A DNA stretch of 64,000 nt from positions 288,932 to 352,931 of the forward strand of contig CBDBLZ010000020.1 of the NCBI GenBank assembly GCA_965207385.1. The letters are read 5' to 3'. Positions 59,111 through 64,000 of this stretch are shown one piece after another (positions within the stretch are counted from its first letter, which is position 1; every line of letters starts with the position of its first letter). A program made the translations under genes and the position numbers. Source of the DNA: Rhodothermales bacterium. Its GTDB lineage: Bacteria > Bacteroidota > Rhodothermia > Rhodothermales > Bin80. The notes under the pieces are model-generated. The model saw only the letters and a program-made list of their open reading frames with translations. It searched no databases and was not told where the DNA came from.

Positions 59111-60286
59111 CTATACGGCTGCACGTTCGAGGAATGCGTCGATTTGACCCTGTTGACTACGCGCGTCTTCCCATCCCAGTTGCATGATGGTATGCACGTA
59201 ATCGCGGTTGAACAGCAGCATGCTGAGCCAGTCAGGGCTCCGGGTCTGGTCAGTGCCAAGTCCCCGGGTGATCAGTCTCAGGGCCCCGCCGCTGGCAAAG
59301 TCGTAGTTGGCGGCAAGCTTCGCCAGGTCGACAGACGGTCTGAGAAGCAGCAGGTTGACGGGCCTGAAGCGGCTTGGCGTGCCCGGGGCGTGGCCCTCCA
59401 GGAGCTCGTTGATGGTCTCCAGTGTGGTGGCATCCTGCTCAAGCGCATCCAGAAAGATGGCATTCAGCATAATGCCGATGATCTGCGCCAGCGGCGGCGC
59501 ACCGTCCACGGCCGGCGTGTCCGCCTCCCGCCGGGATCGGCCGTAGCGCGTGGAAATGGCCAGAATGCTGGTGGCTCCCAGCTGGATGGCCGGCGCCAGT
59601 GGCGTGGTCAGCCGAATGCCCCCGTCGCCGTACCAGGCATCGCCAATGCGCACGGCGGGGAACAGTACGGGCAGGGATGTCGAGGCCATTACATGGTCAA
59701 GCGTAAGCTGCGCGTTGCGTCCGACATGGTTGGGGTGCTTCCAGTCGGAGACTTCGCGGCCCTGTATCCATGTCACGGTCTGGCCCGTCGTGTAGCTTGT
59801 CGTTGTAATGCAGGCTGCCTTCAGCCTCCCTGCATCCACGTTGTCGGCAATGCCCGAAAGTAATGCCCGATCGGGGTCCATGTGCCGGCTCAGAAAATGC
59901 TCCAGCGGCTTCGTATCCAGGAGCGAGCCTCCCGATCCCAGGTGCCGGAAGACGTTGGCTACGCGGCGAGCTGCCGGAAGCGTTCCCAGAATGCGGTGGT
60001 ATAGTGACAGGGCCGACTGCGCCGCGAAGACCTGATCGCTCGATATATCCAGCCAGCACTGCAGCAGGTCTTCGGCCGCCCGGGAAATATGTCCGGGGTG
60101 ATTGGCCAGGTACGACGTGTTGATGGCGCCCGCAGAAACGCCGCTCAAGATCGGAAAAGACAATGCCGGCCGGGTCTCCGTAATGTAGCGAAGCACGCCG
60201 GCCTGGTATGCCGCGCGCGCACCGCCACCGCCGAGTACAAGGGCCGTTGACCGGTTCGTTGCGGCGCCATCTACACGCGTTGCCAT
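59111..60286 (-). CDS. patatin-like phospholipase
   Basis: The oxyanion motif is ALVLGGGGARAAYQAGVL and the nucleophile elbow is GVSAGAIN (GxSxG). The catalytic Asp is in a later DGG context (WYGDGGIRL). Confidence 0.9.
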   Translation of the reverse strand: MATRVDGAATNRSTALVLGGGGARAAYQAGVLRYITETRPALSFPILSGVSAGAINTSYLANHPGHISRAAEDLLQCWLDISSDQVFAAQSALSLYHRILGTLPAARRVANVFRHLGSGGSLLDTKPLEHFLSRHMDPDRALLSGIADNVDAGRLKAACITTTSYTTGQTVTWIQGREVSDWKHPNHVGRNAQLTLDHVMASTSLPVLFPAVRIGDAWYGDGGIRLTTPLAPAIQLGATSILAISTRYGRSRREADTPAVDGAPPLAQIIGIMLNAIFLDALEQDATTLETINELLEGHAPGTPSRFRPVNLLLLRPSVDLAKLAANYDFASGGALRLITRGLGTDQTRSPDWLSMLLFNRDYVHTIMQLGWEDARSQQGQIDAFLERAAV

Positions 60287-60363
60287 CTTCGAGCCCTTGT
60301 CCAGCTTGCGTTTGACACCCTATAGTACGTTTCCTCTTGAGAATTGGTTGAAATCCCGGCACC

Positions 60364-61215
60364 TTGGATCACGCAGCTACCTTTGCCCTTGCACTGCAGA
60401 GCATGAACGGGGTAGGGCGCGTAACCGCGTCCCGGCTTCTTCATGCATTTCGTACTTACGAGGCGCTGGCCGGCTATCCCAGGGAACAGGTGCTGCTCCG
60501 CATCAAGCGAACGCCAAACGCGAATGCCATCGTAGCGGCGCTGTTCGACAGACCATCCATGCAAACCCTGCTATGCACGGCAAGTGAAGAGATCGCCTCC
60601 TTGCGGACCAAGGGCATCCACGTTTTGTCGGCCTTTGACGACAACTGGCCTGTTTCGCTTGACAGCCTTCCGCCGGCCAGCCGACCTCTTCTGCTGTATG
60701 CGTACGGGCAAGCCGAAGTGCTGAATTCCGATTTCGTCTCCGTCTACTGCGGAAACTCCCGGGAGGCGGATCTTGTCCGCGCGCTGCTCGACAGGATTCT
60801 CAGGCGCGGGTATGCCGCCTTGATCACCGATTCCGCCGCCGCATTCCCCTTGCCATCCCGCGGCGGAGCCATGGCACTTGTGTTGCCCATGGGCCTTGGC
60901 AAGGCTCCCGCCGACATCCGCCCTGTGATGCTCGAAATCGTGCGCCGCGGCGGCCTGCTGCTGTCTCCGTTTCCGATGCAGCACGGTCCCTATCGTCACG
61001 ATCAAAGGGAGGCGTCGCTGCTCATGGCCGCGCTGGCTCGCGCCTGCGTGCTGGTTCGCTGCGCCTCGTCCTTGCCCGCATTGGCCGCCGCAGAGTGGGC
61101 CGGGGGCGCTGGCCGGACCGTCTGCGCTATCCAGACCGAGGCGGCTCTGCTGCCACGCAACACGACTATGTTAGAGACCGAATCGGACCTGGATACCGTT
61201 CTGAGCCAGGCCTGA
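60364..61215 (+). CDS. divergent DprA/Smf-like (SLOG-fold) protein
   Basis: 283 aa, TTG start, with an alternative ATG at 60406. The N-terminal HhH-like segment (LQSMNGVGRVTASRLL), ..IHVLSAFDDNWPVSL.....PLLLYAYGQAEVL..DFVSVYCG and ..GGLLLSPFP....P....F..R resemble the DprA layout. The usual G-x-A-x-GID and RNR motifs are degenerate. Confidence 0.45.
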   Translation: MDHAATFALALQSMNGVGRVTASRLLHAFRTYEALAGYPREQVLLRIKRTPNANAIVAALFDRPSMQTLLCTASEEIASLRTKGIHVLSAFDDNWPVSLDSLPPASRPLLLYAYGQAEVLNSDFVSVYCGNSREADLVRALLDRILRRGYAALITDSAAAFPLPSRGGAMALVLPMGLGKAPADIRPVMLEIVRRGGLLLSPFPMQHGPYRHDQREASLLMAALARACVLVRCASSLPALAAAEWAGGAGRTVCAIQTEAALLPRNTTMLETESDLDTVLSQA

Positions 61216-61237
61216 AGGCACGCTGTGCGGACGCGGG

Positions 61238-63508
61238 TTACTCGGACCGCAGCTCGCGCACGATTCGATCCGCCCCGTAGATGTGTTCCAACGCCTCCAG
61301 CATGCCCCGCGAATCCACCGACACGGTTCGCGCCGTGCTGTCGGTGTAGAGATACGTGTTGGGGAGCGATTCGATATTGCCGTCGAAGACCAGGCCCACG
61401 ATTTCCAGGTCGCTGTTCAGCAGCGGCGAACCCGAATTGCCGCCGGCGATGTCATTCGTGCTTACCAGGTTAAGCGGAGTGGCCAGGTCGAATGCAGGCG
61501 GCGGCTCCTTCCAGCGACCGGGAAGCTGCCACGCCTCGCTCAGTTCCCCGTATGAAACGTGGTGATCATACAGGCCATAGAATGTTGTGAAGGCAGGTGC
61601 AAGCGTGCCGTTGTAGGCATAGCCGCGTATGGTGCCGTCCGAGATGCGCAGCGTCGAGTTGGCATCAGGAGGAGCCGCTGACCCGTACAGGGCGAAGCGT
61701 GCCAGCACCATCTGGCTGTTCAGAAGCTCCTCGCGATTGACAAAGCTCCGGTCCTGGTCCTGCGCGGCAAAATACAGTGGGGCCAAGGCGTTAATGACCT
61801 CGACTGTGATATCCCCGCTTCCCAGATAGCCCGCACTTAGCAGCTCGGCATAGCCTGCGGAATCTGCCAGCGCCGTTTCCTCGGCTATGCGCGCGGCGAC
61901 ACTGTCTATCGCCTGTCCCTGCGTAATCCGCGTTACGGTCGGGTCCGTCTCTCCCAGGGCACTGCTGATCTCCTTCAGCCGAAGCGCTATCAGCCTCTTT
62001 TCAACTTCAACCGGGAAGTCCTCCACGCCCAGCGCCTCCTCCCTGATCTCGGCCAGTTCTTCTTCCGACACGTAACCCCTCCGCCGTAGCGTGTCAAGGT
62101 AGTAGCCGTACAGAGCCCGTGTCAGGATGTGCGAACCGATGGCCGTGCCAAAAAACACGAAGGCGCGGGATCTCTGGAATCCGGACCGCTTGGACAGCTG
62201 GAGCTCCTGCAGGTCCTGGAAGAGTCCGCCGTAAGCCACCCTTAGGGAATCGACCGCCTGAATGTCGCGGCGGAGCATGAGCTCGCTCGCGCGGCGACGG
62301 AGCATCAGATCCTCGTCTTGCAGTCCCGCTAGCTGACCGGTCTGCGCCTTGAGCGTATTGTTGAGCGAAAACAGCGCGTTCTGCAGTGCTGCATCCTGCG
62401 CCCCGCCAATGTGCTCGACAAGAACATCCGCTCGGGCCTCCAGGGCCTCGATCCTTGCGGGAGCCACAAAGTCCCGAACATGCTCCAGTCCGGCTACTGA
62501 GCCAAGTCGACTCGTCGATCCCGGAAAGCCCACCGTAAAGACTACTTCCCCCTCCCTGCTGCCGGATGTACTCCATCGGAAGTAGTTATCTGTCTCAAGC
62601 GGCGCACCGTCTTCCGCATATACTCGGAAGAAGGCCATGTCCAGCGCGTAACGCGGGTAGGTAAAATTGTCAGCGTCTCCGCCAAAGTACCCAAGTTGCT
62701 TTTCGGGCGCCATGACCAGGCGGACGTCCTCGTATCGACGGTAGGTATGTGCAGCATACCGCCCGCCGTCGTAGTACTCCACCACCTCCACGCGCAGCGT
62801 AGAATCCCTGGCCTTGGCGGCCGTGGTCAACTCCTCTTCAATGTCGCTCGCCTTGGCAGCGCGCGCCCGCACCTGCTCGTTGTCTCCGCGAACGACGCGG
62901 CTAGCGGACCGGACCCTGTCGGTTACGTCCTGAATCTCGACGAGCTGGTCAAGGTGCAGGTCCCCCACCCTGCGTTCGGCGTGCGCGGAGTCGGCGTAAT
63001 AACCATCGTTGAACAGATCTTCGCCTACGCGGCTCAGTTTCGTGATGCTCTCTCGCGCACAGTGGTGATTGGTCAATACAAGTCCTCGCCGCGAGACGAA
63101 CGATGCCGAGCAGAAATCCGAAAACCGCAGCGCGCCAAGTCTCGCGCGCTTAAACCAGGACGTATCCAGTTGCACGTCGTATTCCTGCACCAAGTAATCG
63201 AACGGCGGATCACTGAACGTCCACATCTTGCCGCCATCGAATCGGCCGAGCTCCACGTCCGGAACGCTGATGGTCAGGGAGTCCGCCTCTGCACCTTGCG
63301 AAGGAAGGCGGACCTCCTCTACCGCGGCAGGGCGCTCAAGGACCAGTGCCACCTCCCTGGGCGCCGTGCAGCCCGCAAGAGCCAGAATCGAGGCCACCAG
63401 GACGCGTCTCGCACGCGCAGTCCGCGGCAACTTTGAGACGACCACCCGGGCGTGCCCGGCCCGAGTCCAGACTCCCTGCATAACCCGATTCGGTCCAGAT
63501 CCTGTCAT
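61238..63508 (-). CDS. S46 family dipeptidyl-peptidase (DPP7/DPP11-like)
   Basis: 756 aa. The catalytic His context is FCSASFVSRRGLVLTNHHCA and the catalytic Ser context is DIAGGNSGSPLLNSDLEIVGLVFDGNIESL. A lipoprotein-like signal (LVASILALAGC) is present. The start could be the second Met, at 63481. Confidence 0.9.
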   Translation of the reverse strand: MTGSGPNRVMQGVWTRAGHARVVVSKLPRTARARRVLVASILALAGCTAPREVALVLERPAAVEEVRLPSQGAEADSLTISVPDVELGRFDGGKMWTFSDPPFDYLVQEYDVQLDTSWFKRARLGALRFSDFCSASFVSRRGLVLTNHHCARESITKLSRVGEDLFNDGYYADSAHAERRVGDLHLDQLVEIQDVTDRVRSASRVVRGDNEQVRARAAKASDIEEELTTAAKARDSTLRVEVVEYYDGGRYAAHTYRRYEDVRLVMAPEKQLGYFGGDADNFTYPRYALDMAFFRVYAEDGAPLETDNYFRWSTSGSREGEVVFTVGFPGSTSRLGSVAGLEHVRDFVAPARIEALEARADVLVEHIGGAQDAALQNALFSLNNTLKAQTGQLAGLQDEDLMLRRRASELMLRRDIQAVDSLRVAYGGLFQDLQELQLSKRSGFQRSRAFVFFGTAIGSHILTRALYGYYLDTLRRRGYVSEEELAEIREEALGVEDFPVEVEKRLIALRLKEISSALGETDPTVTRITQGQAIDSVAARIAEETALADSAGYAELLSAGYLGSGDITVEVINALAPLYFAAQDQDRSFVNREELLNSQMVLARFALYGSAAPPDANSTLRISDGTIRGYAYNGTLAPAFTTFYGLYDHHVSYGELSEAWQLPGRWKEPPPAFDLATPLNLVSTNDIAGGNSGSPLLNSDLEIVGLVFDGNIESLPNTYLYTDSTARTVSVDSRGMLEALEHIYGADRIVRELRSE

Positions 63509-63927
63509 AATGATCGAGCGTGCGGCAGGGCTTGCATGGTTGTCTTAACCGGCTGAACCCGGAATTTACGTCCCAGCGGCGCAGGAATCTGCCTCCGCAG
63601 CATGCCTGCGCGCCGCATGAGCGTGCCCGGGCAGAAGCCTTGCCGGACGATCTGGCCAGGCTCCGGGGTCAGGCTCGGGCAATTCCGTGCCGTCCGTGGC
63701 ATGAACGCGGTAGTGTACCCGGATCGGGACGAAGCAGGCGTAAGCGAAGTCGTGCCGCGGGCCTTGAGGCGGCTCCGCAGGTTAACGGAATTGGGGATGG
63801 GCAGGCAACCACGAACTCGCGGCGGCAGCCTTTGCCCGAGGCGCCCGCGAGCAAGCTGAGGGGTTTGCCAAAGGGAGTGGCGCTCCGTAGCTTGCCTTGC
63901 AGCTTCCAGCACAATGCTTTCGAATCC

Positions 63928-64000
63928 ATGAGCACCCGCCACTTTGTCTGCCTCTTGTCCTTGCTACTTTGCGCGGCCGTGCCCGCATTCCCGGTCCGCG
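63928..64000 (+). CDS. 5' end of a secreted protein gene running off the right edge
   Basis: My own translation from ATG 63928 gives MSTRHFVCLLSLLLCAAVPAFPVR..., a signal-peptide-like sequence that stays open to the window end. Only 24 codons are visible, so the call is weak. Confidence 0.3.
   Translation, partial: MSTRHFVCLLSLLLCAAVPAFPVR

Noticed and set aside
58304-59863. Very long ORFs antisense to confident genes. Examples: 58304..59863(+) 519 aa, 39637..40998(+) 453 aa, 20216..21565(-) 449 aa, 13474..14703(-) 409 aa, 2308..3315(-) 335 aa, 16063..17046(-) 327 aa, 25278..26258(+) 326 aa and 6176..7156(-) 326 aa.
   Set aside because: Each lies entirely opposite a gene with strong family motifs. 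Their translations are Arg/Gly/Pro/Ala-rich with no recognisable domains. Long stop-free antisense frames are expected in high-GC DNA.
63505-63942. ORF 63505..63942(-), 145 aa, upstream of the S46 peptidase.
   Set aside because: The sequence is basic, low-complexity and matches no family I recognise. It overlaps the likely start of a plus-strand secreted-protein gene at 63928.

Overview
High-GC bacterial chromosomal segment. The gene content suggests a Rhodothermota/Bacteroidota-like organism: tandem DUF5686/CarboxypepD_reg outer-membrane proteins, an S46 dipeptidyl-peptidase, a WG-repeat protein, a stand-alone TamB-like giant and a bacilliredoxin. I can support about 50 densely packed protein-coding genes, many with 4-nt start/stop overlaps. 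I recognised no rRNA, tRNA, CRISPR array, transposase or integrase. Most of the window is housekeeping or envelope: a WbqC-like fragment, ldcA, purN-purH, mreB-mreC-dacB, hslV-(NYN gene)-hslU, a FemAB-like/GT-C-like/Wzx trio, bacilliredoxin, an NlpC/P60 lipoprotein, greA, ltaE, rplU-rpmA, a ppiD-like gene, dapF, phoH, panC, fumC, htrA, the ACT+UPF0210 pair, a quinone oxidoreductase, aroB, a tamB-like gene, an RND efflux pair, an alkA-like gene, a RluA-family gene, a polyprenol-kinase-like gene, patatin and an S46 peptidase. Two regions stand out. (1) An AT-rich islet at about 17.2-18.8 kb encodes a 416-aa protein with the exact Thr1/Asp17/Lys33 register and the C-terminal GG-x-x-DVAVI-x-K-x-DG strand of 20S proteasome beta subunits. 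It carries two large insertions, has no alpha subunit or unfoldase partner, and is followed by a 65-aa charged ORF. (2) A block at 44.9-51.8 kb is flanked and interrupted by unusually long non-coding spacers. It encodes a full-length ERG6/SMT-type sterol C-24 methyltransferase, a KshA/Neverland-type Rieske oxygenase, an amine-oxidase-fold FAD oxidoreductase and a fusion of a GPP34/GOLPH3-like domain to a cytochrome P450. This looks like a sterol or triterpenoid tailoring island of undescribed composition. Smaller oddities: a NYN/OST-HTH gene splits hslV from hslU, a patatin gene is separated by a single in-frame TAG from a downstream signal peptide that has no canonical start codon, and there is a degenerate DprA-like gene. 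All calls rest on reading the supplied translations and sequence by eye. No database search was run.
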